DNA of 64,000 nucleotides from Candidatus Multivoradales bacterium (GTDB lineage Bacteria; Acidobacteriota; Thermoanaerobaculia; Multivoradales; JAHEKO01): NCBI GenBank assembly GCA_965223155.1, contig CBDCVR010000013.1, positions 997,538 to 1,061,537 of the forward strand, read 5' to 3'. Shown piece by piece: positions 55,755 to 64,000 of this stretch (position 1 is its first letter; each line of letters starts with the position of its first letter). The notes under the pieces were generated by a model. It saw only the letters and a program-made list of their open reading frames with translations, ran no database searches and was not told where the DNA came from. The position numbers and the translations under genes were made by a program.

Positions 55755-57896
55755 ATGGCAAACTCAGTCTTCCAGCTCAGCATCGACGAAAACGGCCTGG
55801 CCACGGTCGTTTTCGATCATCCCGAACGCCGGGTCAACGTCTTCGACCAGCGCGCGATCCAGGATCTCGACAGCCTTCTCACCGAGCTCGAGGACCGGGA
55901 CGACGTGCGCTGCGCGATCCTGGCCTCGGCCAAGCCCGGCAGCTTCATCGTCGGCGCCGACGTCGAGGCCATCGCGCAGGTCACAGATCCCGCCGAGGCC
56001 GAGGAAGGCTCCCGGCTGGGTCACCGGCTCTTCGGCCGCTGGGACCGCCTGCCCTTCCCGACAATAGTCGCGGTACGGGGCACCTGCCTGGGAGGCGGCA
56101 TGGAGCTTTCCCTGGCTTCCAGCTATCTGGTCCTGAGCGATCGCGAGGACATCCGCGTCGGCCTGCCTGAGATCAAGCTCGGCATCGTACCCGGATGGGG
56201 CGGCTGCATCCGACTGCCGCGCAAGGTCGGACTGGCCGCGGCCCTCGACGCCATCCTCGCGGGCAAGTCACTGCGGCCCGCCAAGGCGTTCAAGATCGGC
56301 CTGGCCGATGCCCTAGTGCCCGATGCGACCTTCGAGCGCGAGGTCCGGCGCTTCGCCGAGAACGTCCTCGCCGGCAAGCAGCCGCGGTCACGGCGGCCCT
56401 CGATGCGCGACCGACTGCTGGAAGGCAATCCGCTGGGCCGCAAGATCATCTTCGACCAGGCACGCAAGCAGGTCTTGAAATCGACCAAGGGCCACTACCC
56501 CGCTCCTCTGCGCGCGCTCGAGGTAGTGCGCACTGGACTGGATGACTTCGACCGCGGCCTAGACGCCGAAGCTCGGGCCATCGGCGAGCTCGCCGTGTCC
56601 CCGACCGCCAAGAACCTGATCCATCTCTTCCACCTCATGGAGGCGGCCAAGTCGGGTGGCTTCTTGGGCGACGAGGAACCGGCGGCCATTGGCTCGGTCG
56701 GCGTCCTCGGCGCTGGAGTCATGGGCGGTGGAATCGCCCAGCTCATCAGCGACAAGAAGGGTCTTCCCGTCCGGCTCAAGGACATCGGAACCGAGGCGCT
56801 GGCCAAGGGCTTCGAACACGCCGCCAAGCTCTTCGCCAAGCAGGTCAAGCGGCGCTGGCTCTCGAAGGCCGAGGCTCGCCGCAAACTGGCTCTGATTCGC
56901 GGCACCCTCGACTACAGCGGTTTCGACAGCGTGGATCTCGTCATCGAGGCCATCGTCGAGAACCTGGATGTCAAGCAGAAGGTCTTCGCCGAGCTCGCGG
57001 GGGTGGTGCGCCCGGACTGCGTCCTGGCCTCCAACACCTCCTCGCTCTCGATCGACGCCATCGGTCGGGACGCCCAGCGGCCGGAGCGGGTCGTGGGCAT
57101 GCACTTCTTCAACCCGGTGCACAAGATGCCCCTGGTCGAAGTCGTGGTGGGCGAGGCCACTTCCGCACACGCCGCCGATACGATTCTGGAGTTCTCGCGC
57201 CGGCTGGGCAAGACGCCGGTCATCGTCAAGAGCGGACCGGGCTTCCTGGTGAACCGACTGCTTGCCTTCACCATGGCCGAGGCCATGTGGCTCTTGGACG
57301 AGGGACACAAGATCGAGTCGCTGGACCGCGCGGTGTCGGCATGGGGAATGCCCCTGGGGCCCTGCGCGCTCACCGACGAGGTCGGCCTGGACGTCGCGGT
57401 CAAAGTCTCGCACATCCTGACCGAGGCCTTTCCGAAGCGCCTGACCTATCCCGGCTGGATGGACCGCATGGTCGAGGACGGACGCCTCGGCGCCAAGGCT
57501 CAGAAGGGGTTCTACCGCTACGAAAAGGGCCGGCGTACCGAGCCCGATGCCAAGGTCTATGACCTTCTCGGGCTCACCGGCCGCAGCGCTTCGACTCCCA
57601 CCGAGCAAATCGCCGACCGCATCCTCCTGCCGATGGCCAACGAGGCCGCGCGCTGCCTCGAAGAGGGGGTCGTGCGGGACGCCGAGGACCTGGATCTCGC
57701 CATGATCTTCGGCACCGGATTTCCGCCGTTCCGCGGTGGTCTGTGCCGCTGGGCGGACTCCCAGGGGGTGGACCGGCTCGCCGAGGAGATGGAGCGCTGG
57801 GCCGTTTCGCTGGGCGAACGCTTCTTGCCCTCGCCCGCCTTCCGAGAAGTGGTCGAGGCGGGCGGCTTCTACGCGCGCCATTCCCGGCAACGCTAG
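55755..57896 (+). CDS. fatty acid oxidation multifunctional alpha subunit (enoyl-CoA hydratase / 3-hydroxyacyl-CoA dehydrogenase)
   Basis: Crotonase fold in the N-terminal half. NAD-binding GVLGAGVMGGGIA and 3HCDH C-terminal half. Confidence 0.9.
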   Translation: MANSVFQLSIDENGLATVVFDHPERRVNVFDQRAIQDLDSLLTELEDRDDVRCAILASAKPGSFIVGADVEAIAQVTDPAEAEEGSRLGHRLFGRWDRLPFPTIVAVRGTCLGGGMELSLASSYLVLSDREDIRVGLPEIKLGIVPGWGGCIRLPRKVGLAAALDAILAGKSLRPAKAFKIGLADALVPDATFEREVRRFAENVLAGKQPRSRRPSMRDRLLEGNPLGRKIIFDQARKQVLKSTKGHYPAPLRALEVVRTGLDDFDRGLDAEARAIGELAVSPTAKNLIHLFHLMEAAKSGGFLGDEEPAAIGSVGVLGAGVMGGGIAQLISDKKGLPVRLKDIGTEALAKGFEHAAKLFAKQVKRRWLSKAEARRKLALIRGTLDYSGFDSVDLVIEAIVENLDVKQKVFAELAGVVRPDCVLASNTSSLSIDAIGRDAQRPERVVGMHFFNPVHKMPLVEVVVGEATSAHAADTILEFSRRLGKTPVIVKSGPGFLVNRLLAFTMAEAMWLLDEGHKIESLDRAVSAWGMPLGPCALTDEVGLDVAVKVSHILTEAFPKRLTYPGWMDRMVEDGRLGAKAQKGFYRYEKGRRTEPDAKVYDLLGLTGRSASTPTEQIADRILLPMANEAARCLEEGVVRDAEDLDLAMIFGTGFPPFRGGLCRWADSQGVDRLAEEMERWAVSLGERFLPSPAFREVVEAGGFYARHSRQR

Positions 57897-58135
57897 GTCC
57901 GCGGCGCCGGCGCGCGCTGGGGTGCCACGACCTCAGCATCCCAAGGCGTTGCCAGGACGGCCGTCCGCCGGCGAGGACAGTCGGGAGCTGGATGGCGCCG
58001 CCGCCCGGTCTGAGGGCATGGCCCGCGATTTGCTACATTGCTGTGCATGCCATCCAAGGCAAGCACGGGATTTTCCATTCCGCGTCACTCCACCCAGCCC
58101 CCGGTCGCCCGGCTCGTCTTCCAAGGAGGTTCCTC

Positions 58136-59365
58136 ATGAGCACACGTTCCGCCCGTCTTCGCTGGTCCCGTCCCATGACACGCTCGCGCGCCGCACTGGT
58201 CTTGGGCACGGCATGCTTGATGCTGGCCGGATTGCCTCTCGCGGCCCAGGAACCGGCCGCGTCCACCGAGTTCGAAGGTACGGTCGATGTTCGCGAAGTG
58301 CTGCTCGACGTCCTCGTGACCGACGCCAACGGCAACGTCATCTTGGGTCTCGAACCTGCGGACTTCCTGGTTGAGGAGGAAGGCGGCGCGGTCGACGTCA
58401 CCAGCGCCACCTTCTACTCCAACCGGCGCTACGTCGAGGCCGCCGACATCGCAAGCCGGCTGGGCATTCAGCCGGAAGAGGTGCCGGTGGACCGATATTT
58501 CGTCATCTTTCTCCACGACCAGAGGCGGCTCCTGCCCTCCCTGACGCCGGCCTACATGGACCTGGTACGGCGGGCCGAAGCCTGGCTCCACCAGGAGCTT
58601 CTGCCCAACGACTGGGTGGCCGTGGTCCGTTACGACGCCAAGCTCATGGTCCACACCGACTTCACCACCGACAACCAGCGCATCCTGAAGGCGTTGAAGG
58701 ACGCCGCCAAAGGCAAGAATCCGCCAGACACCTGGCCGTCCCGGGTCGAAGAGGAAGCCGGCTCGGGTCCCTCGCTGCTGGTCAACCTGCCCCAGGGCCG
58801 GGAGCTGGGGGAGCGCTCCAAGCGGATCTACAGCGCCATGGAGACCCTCGCCGAGGCCTCCCGGTACGTCATCGGCCGGAAGAACATGCTGCTCTTCAGC
58901 ATGGGCTTCGGAGAGCTCAACGACTTCGGTACCTGGATTCCGGACGCCCGCTACTACGACGGCATGATGGAGAGCCTGAACGACGCCAACGTCGCGGTGT
59001 ACTCGATCTCGGTCTTCGACGGATTGCGTGCCCAGAGCGCGCCGTTCGGCTCGCTGGATGCTCGCGCCGGCGGCACGCCGGCAACGGTGGCGCAGGCGGT
59101 GAGCGCGCAGCGCGCCGCCATCGGCACGATGGAAAACGGTCTGAGCCTGCTTTCGAGCGACACCGGCGGCGAGTACTACTTCAACTTCTTGAACTTCAGC
59201 ACGCCGCTCGCGCAGATCCTGGAGGACAACAACGGGTACTACCTGCTGAGCTACGAGTCGCAGACACCGGCCGGCGAATCCGGCTACCGCAAGGTCACCG
59301 TCCAGACCAAGAACCCAGACTTCGAGGTGCGGGCGCGCGAAGGCTACCGGTACGGCCCGGGATAG
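58136..59365 (+). CDS. secreted VWFA-related (acidobacterial-type) domain protein
   Basis: AAGGAGG RBS and signal peptide. VLLDVLVTDANGNVILGLEPADFLVEEEG matches my recollection of the VWFA-related Acidobacterial domain followed by a VWA fold. Confidence 0.75.
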   Translation: MSTRSARLRWSRPMTRSRAALVLGTACLMLAGLPLAAQEPAASTEFEGTVDVREVLLDVLVTDANGNVILGLEPADFLVEEEGGAVDVTSATFYSNRRYVEAADIASRLGIQPEEVPVDRYFVIFLHDQRRLLPSLTPAYMDLVRRAEAWLHQELLPNDWVAVVRYDAKLMVHTDFTTDNQRILKALKDAAKGKNPPDTWPSRVEEEAGSGPSLLVNLPQGRELGERSKRIYSAMETLAEASRYVIGRKNMLLFSMGFGELNDFGTWIPDARYYDGMMESLNDANVAVYSISVFDGLRAQSAPFGSLDARAGGTPATVAQAVSAQRAAIGTMENGLSLLSSDTGGEYYFNFLNFSTPLAQILEDNNGYYLLSYESQTPAGESGYRKVTVQTKNPDFEVRAREGYRYGPG

Positions 59366-59446
59366 GCTCCCGTCCCGGGCGTCGAGGCCGTCGGCTGGTG
59401 CCGTAGCGCCTCGTCGCCGCCGCAGGCTCTTGCCGAAACGTTCTCC

Positions 59447-60193
59447 TCAGGGTCTGCCGTAGGCCACCAGCAGCACGGTCACGTTGTCGGGACCGCCGCC
59501 CCGGTTGGCGAGCTGGATGAGGCGGCGGCAGGTGGGCTCGGGATCCGGACCGTCCTCGAGAGCCTGCGCGATCTGGCTTTCCTCCAGCACGGCAGTCAGC
59601 CCATCCGTGCACAGCAAGAACAAGTCGCCGGGCTCGACGGAGTGGCGGCTAACGTCCACGGATACCAGCGCCTCGCCGCCCAGGGCGCGGGTCACCACGT
59701 TGCGAAACGGATGCTGGCGCGCGGCCTCGAGGGTCAACTCGCCCATCGTCACTTGCTCGTTGACCCAGGTGTGGTCTTGGGTAAGCAACTCGAGCGTCCC
59801 GTTTCGGAACCGATAGGCCCGGCTGTCGCCGACGTGCGCGATCACCGCCTGCGAACCGGCCTCCACCAGCGCCACCGCGGTCGCTCCCATGCCGCTAAGC
59901 AGCGGATCGGACTCGACCGCCGCCAGAATCGCTCGGTTGGCCGCGAGCAAGGATTCCCTGACGAGTCCTTCGAGAATCCCTTCGCCGGCAACCGCCTGCA
60001 CCTGGCTCCGTGCCGCCTTGAAGTACCGGCAGGCCGCTAGCATCGCCAGCCTGGACGCTACCTCGCCGTTGCCGTGGCCGCCCATCCCGTCCGCCACCAG
60101 GTACAGGCCCAGCTCCGGCCGGACCGCATAGAAATCCTCGTTGGTCGTCCGGACTCTTCCGACGTCCGAGCGGGCGCAGGCGGCCGATTGCAA
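59447..60193 (-). CDS. PP2C-family serine/threonine phosphatase
   Basis: VGRVRTTNEDF ... ADGMGGH ... HVGDSRAYRF motifs. TTG start. Confidence 0.8.
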   Translation of the reverse strand: MQSAACARSDVGRVRTTNEDFYAVRPELGLYLVADGMGGHGNGEVASRLAMLAACRYFKAARSQVQAVAGEGILEGLVRESLLAANRAILAAVESDPLLSGMGATAVALVEAGSQAVIAHVGDSRAYRFRNGTLELLTQDHTWVNEQVTMGELTLEAARQHPFRNVVTRALGGEALVSVDVSRHSVEPGDLFLLCTDGLTAVLEESQIAQALEDGPDPEPTCRRLIQLANRGGGPDNVTVLLVAYGRP

Positions 60194-60196
60194 GGA

Positions 60197-60817
60197 CTAC
60201 CCCGTAGACTTGGCCGCAGCCAGGGCGGTCTGAAAAGCAACCCGGACATCGGCGTCTTCGCCGCCCCAGTCCAAAGCTTCTTTGTAGTACTTGGCGGCCT
60301 GGGCGTGCAGCCCGGCGGCGGCAAAGATCTTGCCGGCCGACTTCAGGTACGCGGCGTTCATCGGATCCAGCTGGCAGGCCTTGGCAATCGCTTCCCGCTC
60401 GCGGACCCGGCCGCCGGGCCGTTTGCCGTATGCCTGCGCCAGATGAAACCAGGCGGTGGCGTTGGCCGCGTCTTCGCGTGTCGCCATCTCCAGATTGTCA
60501 ATGGCCTGACCGATGTTGGCGGCCTTGAGGGCGCTCACGCCGCGGCTGATGTACACCCGCGCCGCTTCCGCCGAGTGCGACTGCACGCCCGCGGCACCGG
60601 GCATTCCCTGGGCGTCGATCTGGCGGCGGCGCTCGGGGTCGCTCAGGATGTTGAAGGCTTCGGTGATCTTCTGAAACTCGATCTCCGCGCTCTGCTTCTC
60701 TTCACCCTGGAAGCGATCCGGGTGCCTCTCGCGGGCCAACTCCAGGAAGCGCTGCCGAATTTGCTTGCTGGTGGCGTTCGGATCAACGCCCAGTACCGAA
60801 TAATAGTCCGAACCCAT
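60197..60817 (-). CDS. J-domain protein with TPR-like repeats
   Basis: DYYSVLGV...HPDR J-domain. Ala/Lys-rich TPR-like C-terminus. AGGAG RBS. Confidence 0.75.
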   Translation of the reverse strand: MGSDYYSVLGVDPNATSKQIRQRFLELARERHPDRFQGEEKQSAEIEFQKITEAFNILSDPERRRQIDAQGMPGAAGVQSHSAEAARVYISRGVSALKAANIGQAIDNLEMATREDAANATAWFHLAQAYGKRPGGRVREREAIAKACQLDPMNAAYLKSAGKIFAAAGLHAQAAKYYKEALDWGGEDADVRVAFQTALAAAKSTG

Positions 60818-60828
60818 CCAAACGACTC

Positions 60829-61863
60829 CTACCGAGACTTCATTCTATACAGCCTGCGCGCGGTATCGCGGACCGCGTTGGATACATTGCGATCCTTCGA
60901 TAAGTGCTGCAGGTCCCGATTCGACAGTCGCGGCACCATGCGTACCGCCATGCCTACTGGCGACCGAGGGTTCCGCACCAGGGCGTGCATGATCGAGTAC
61001 TTCCGGATCCAGCTCCGGGTGGTGCCGATGGTCTCGAGCACCTCGCCGATGACGGCTCGGTTATTCGCGACGTGCTCGACTTCGAGCTCGCTCATGGGAT
61101 TGTTCTTGAGCACCGAGGTCGCGACCATGGGATTGGGATCCCGGATCAGGACGTTGCGAAGACCCTTGGACGCCCCGCGCGTGAGCTTGAGCCGCACCGG
61201 AATCGGCAGGGACCGAACCTGGCCCTCGCTCAGGCCTGTGGACTCGTCTTCCTCCCCCTCCGTTTCGATAGCGCCCTGCACCTCTTCGATCGCTTCTTCG
61301 AGCTCCTCTTCGGTAATGGCGTCGGCCTCTTGCTCGAGCTCCTCCCGGCTCTTTCGGGGCCGGTCTTCCGGACGCAGCAGATGCTCCCGGTATTCGTGGA
61401 TCTTGCGCTTGGCGTAGGCTCCCGCAGTCGGATTGGTCTCGAGCGCGTTCAGAACTCCCGGGTGATCCACGATGACGTCTTGGCGGTTGAGCAGGATCTC
61501 CTGAGCATCTCGGCCGACAAATGAGGCCATCTCGGTTAAGAGCTCAGGGGTCGCGGCCCGGGATCGCAGTACCGTCTCGACAACCAGCGGGTGGGACACG
61601 AAGCGGCCGAAGTAGGCGACGACCTCGGTCGGGACCCCGTCCGTGATCAAGTTGGCGGCGATCTTGGGATCCAGGACGGCGAGCGATTGCTGCGCTTCCC
61701 CGGCCACGGCCTCGTCCGCGTCACGGGCGAGCCGAACCTGCAGGGCGATGAGCTCCGCCGGCGGCAGCGGCAGGATGCCCTTGGCCGCAAGCAGCCGGCC
61801 TTCCTTGCCGCCCGACAGAATCTCCCGGGCGAAATCGGAGCCGTCGCCAAACGGCTCGCTCAT
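60829..61863 (-). CDS. hypothetical protein
   Basis: 344-aa ORF with an ATG start that is ATGA-coupled to the upstream RodZ-like gene. No assignable motif. Confidence 0.5.
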   Translation of the reverse strand: MSEPFGDGSDFAREILSGGKEGRLLAAKGILPLPPAELIALQVRLARDADEAVAGEAQQSLAVLDPKIAANLITDGVPTEVVAYFGRFVSHPLVVETVLRSRAATPELLTEMASFVGRDAQEILLNRQDVIVDHPGVLNALETNPTAGAYAKRKIHEYREHLLRPEDRPRKSREELEQEADAITEEELEEAIEEVQGAIETEGEEDESTGLSEGQVRSLPIPVRLKLTRGASKGLRNVLIRDPNPMVATSVLKNNPMSELEVEHVANNRAVIGEVLETIGTTRSWIRKYSIMHALVRNPRSPVGMAVRMVPRLSNRDLQHLSKDRNVSNAVRDTARRLYRMKSR

Positions 61864-62696
61864 CCGGCATCTCCGGCCAGGGACTGGCCGGCCGCCGACC
61901 CGGCGTCGGACCCGGCGTCTTCGGCCGTCGCCGCAGGCTCCGCGGCCGCCAGGACCAGATCACGCGCGACCTGGCCGGCGGTGTACGGGAACTGATACGG
62001 CTCCCCGTTGACCTCGATCTCGACGCCCTCGGGATTGCCCAGTGTCAGACGAACCTCCGACTCGGCCTCCAGCCGCATCGACTCCCCCTGCACGTGAAGC
62101 TCGCTCAAGCGGCGAGCGCCGTCCACGGTCGCCTCTACCCAGCAGTCCTTGGTGAAGTCCAGGGTCACGAGCAGCGGCACTTCCTGCACTGGCTCCGTCG
62201 GGGCCGCGGGCGGCGGCGCCTCGGGCAGGATCGGCGCCGCGATCGGCGGCGGCACCTGATCCGTCTGGCTCCTGCCGGCCCAGTAGACGAGTAGGGCAAT
62301 GAGGCTAACGGCAGCCAGCAGCACTGCCAGTAGGATCCAGATGTTCTTGGCCGTGCCCGGTTCGGCGGGCGCCGCCTGCACGACGGGCAGCTCGTCTTCG
62401 GCCGGCTCTTCCGCGGCGTTGAGATAGGAGTTGACCACCTCGTCCGGATCCAGGCCGACGAACTTAGAGTACTCGCGCAGGAAGCCCTTGGCGAAGACCG
62501 GCGCGGGCAATACGTCAAAGCGATCCTGCTCCAGGGCCTCCAGGTACCGGATGCTGATCTTCGTGGCGTCGGCGATGTCGTCGAGGTTGACCTCGCGAAT
62601 CTGCCGCTGCTGGCGCAGCCAGGTGCCGAAGCTCGCCGTCTCGCGACCGCGTTCCTCTTCCCACGGGGGCTGACGAGTCTCGTTATCCTTGGGCAT
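61860..62696 (-). CDS. RodZ-like protein (HTH_XRE + TM + DUF4115-like)
   Basis: N-terminal HTH (GTWLRQQRQIREVNLDDIADATKISIRYLEALE), central TM helix, and C-terminal beta domain. Confidence 0.65.
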   Translation of the reverse strand: MPKDNETRQPPWEEERGRETASFGTWLRQQRQIREVNLDDIADATKISIRYLEALEQDRFDVLPAPVFAKGFLREYSKFVGLDPDEVVNSYLNAAEEPAEDELPVVQAAPAEPGTAKNIWILLAVLLAAVSLIALLVYWAGRSQTDQVPPPIAAPILPEAPPPAAPTEPVQEVPLLVTLDFTKDCWVEATVDGARRLSELHVQGESMRLEAESEVRLTLGNPEGVEIEVNGEPYQFPYTAGQVARDLVLAAAEPAATAEDAGSDAGSAAGQSLAGDAG

Positions 62697-62789
62697 CCGC
62701 TCGGGCCGGCGGAACCGACCCGCCGGCGACCTGGGCCCTAGATCGGGTGGACCGCAGGATCTGAACTCTATTGGCCGCCGCCGACCCGG

Positions 62790-63551
62790 TCAAATCCGCT
62801 TACCGGCCAGACGCGACGGGTGAACGCCAAGCAGCAGCCCGGCTCGCCGGCGGACCGCCGGAGCCACCCGCACGTTGGCTCCGACCTCTCGCAGATCGCG
62901 CTTCTGCAACGAGGACAGGAGATCGAGAGCCAGCTCGGGTGGCGTCGCGGGGTTCCGAGCCAGGGCCGCCCTGACCGAGTAGCGCCTCCCCCACTTGGGA
63001 CTCGCCGCCACCCGCTCGAGCGATGCCGGACTGGATCCTTCGTCGTGAATCAGGGGACCCAGAACGGTCTCGGTCAGCCGTGGATTCTCGAGCAGGCTGT
63101 CGATGACCCGGGGACTTGGATCGATGACGAGCCGTTTCAGGACTCCGACCCCGGCCACTCGAGCGAGCGCTATGCGCTCGCCCACAGTCAGCCTGGCCAG
63201 CTTCTCCGCCAGCCGCCGATCCGCCTGCCGCCGCACCGCCGGCCGGGCGCGCGCGTCAGCGCCGAGGCGGGCAAGGTCTCGCCAGTAGAGGTGCGCAACC
63301 AGATTCATCGCCCGGGGCTGCGGAGTGGCGGGATGGCCGGCAAGCGTCTTCTTCAATCGGTAGCTGGCGAGCAGGGCGCGCCGCCGCAAGAGCTCCTCGA
63401 TCACCCGGCGGCCGGCGTGCGGATTGGCGAGAATTGCCTCCGCGACGCCCTCGTCGATCTCGTCGCCCGTCTCGCGGAGGCGCTCGAGCAGCCGGTCCTC
63501 GCCAAGCTCGCGCCAATCCGCCGCCGGCATCGCGTCCTGGGCGCCGGTCAT
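62790..63551 (-). CDS. hypothetical protein (alpha-helical repeat)
   Basis: 253-aa ORF with an ATG start. Leu/Arg-rich helical repeats. Confidence 0.5.
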   Translation of the reverse strand: MTGAQDAMPAADWRELGEDRLLERLRETGDEIDEGVAEAILANPHAGRRVIEELLRRRALLASYRLKKTLAGHPATPQPRAMNLVAHLYWRDLARLGADARARPAVRRQADRRLAEKLARLTVGERIALARVAGVGVLKRLVIDPSPRVIDSLLENPRLTETVLGPLIHDEGSSPASLERVAASPKWGRRYSVRAALARNPATPPELALDLLSSLQKRDLREVGANVRVAPAVRRRAGLLLGVHPSRLAGKRI

Positions 63552-63579
63552 TGCGATACTCTAGCAGCCCCTCGCCGCC

Positions 63580-64000
63580 ATGAGCCTGCCCAAGAACGTC
63601 CGCAAGAGCATCGAGAGCAAGAAGTTCGACACCGTCGAAGAAGAGTGGCTGAGCCGGCTCGAAGAGGCGGCGCTCGATCTGGATTTTTTCGCCACCACGG
63701 CGCGCACGCTCGACGCCACCGGCGCCGATGAGGTGGCCGCCGGCCTGCTCGAGCTCCTGCACGACCAGCTTGCCGAGCGGGACGCCTGGGACGAGCAGCT
63801 GGAGCTTCTGAGCGCGACCGGGGAGATCTCCCACGAACCCGCGGCGCTCCACGACAAGATCCTCGAGGTTCTGGGCCAGCTCTATGCGAAGACCGAGTCG
63901 CTCGAGCCGCTGCTCGAGACCTTCGGCCTTCACCGTGCCACCGAGGACATCCCCAAGACCTGGGAGAAAGTCGAGCGGCTGCGCCAGCTCCTCCGGTTCG
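63580..64000 (+). CDS. hypothetical protein, 3' end beyond window
   Basis: ATG at 63580 opens a frame with no stop to the window end and GC3-rich codon usage. It is not in the ORF track because it has no stop. Confidence 0.35.
   Translation, partial: MSLPKNVRKSIESKKFDTVEEEWLSRLEEAALDLDFFATTARTLDATGADEVAAGLLELLHDQLAERDAWDEQLELLSATGEISHEPAALHDKILEVLGQLYAKTESLEPLLETFGLHRATEDIPKTWEKVERLRQLLRF

Overview
Very GC-rich bacterial chromosomal window with dense coding on both strands. Third codon positions are overwhelmingly G/C, and TTG/GTG starts and ATGA/GTGA start-stop overlaps are frequent. Several gene families point to an Acidobacteriota-like organism; this is an inference from memory, not a search result. 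These are a VWFA-related (acidobacterial-type) domain protein, a TonB-dependent receptor and other proteins with CarboxypepD_reg domains, and a DUF5916/CBM9-like protein. Most of the window is recognisable housekeeping or accessory metabolism: coxB at the left edge, heme A synthase, a YgjP-like hydrolase, pirin, a MATE exporter, a pseudouridine catabolism operon (BtpA-like/PfkB kinase/PsuG), PPK2, a MacA-like adaptor with a separate ABC ATPase and two FtsX permeases, AMMECR1 plus MEMO1, a POT peptide transporter, a Tat-dependent sulfatase, tRNA-Pro(CGG), fadD/fadB-type beta-oxidation genes, a PP2C phosphatase, a DnaJ-TPR protein and a RodZ-like protein. One complete IS5-family insertion sequence (about 0.8 kb, two ORFs joined by an A8 slippery run) sits between the heme A synthase gene and a convergent FAD oxidoreductase gene. 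The standout region is about 7.2-22.2 kb. It holds two paralogous secreted Cys/Pro-rich proteins that share a triplicated uncharacterised domain with near-identical DNA cores. These are followed by two translationally coupled giant ORFs (1565 aa with a twin-arginine signal, then about 1505 aa with no signal) in which I recognise no known domains. A convergent secreted Cys-rich protein, a DUF4332/CarboxypepD_reg protein, a very acidic Cys-rich small protein, an AraC regulator and a TonB-dependent receptor lie alongside. I propose this as a candidate uncharacterised secreted/envelope system. Coordinates taken from the printed line numbering may be off by 1-2 nt in places. Coordinates derived from the ORF table are self-consistent.
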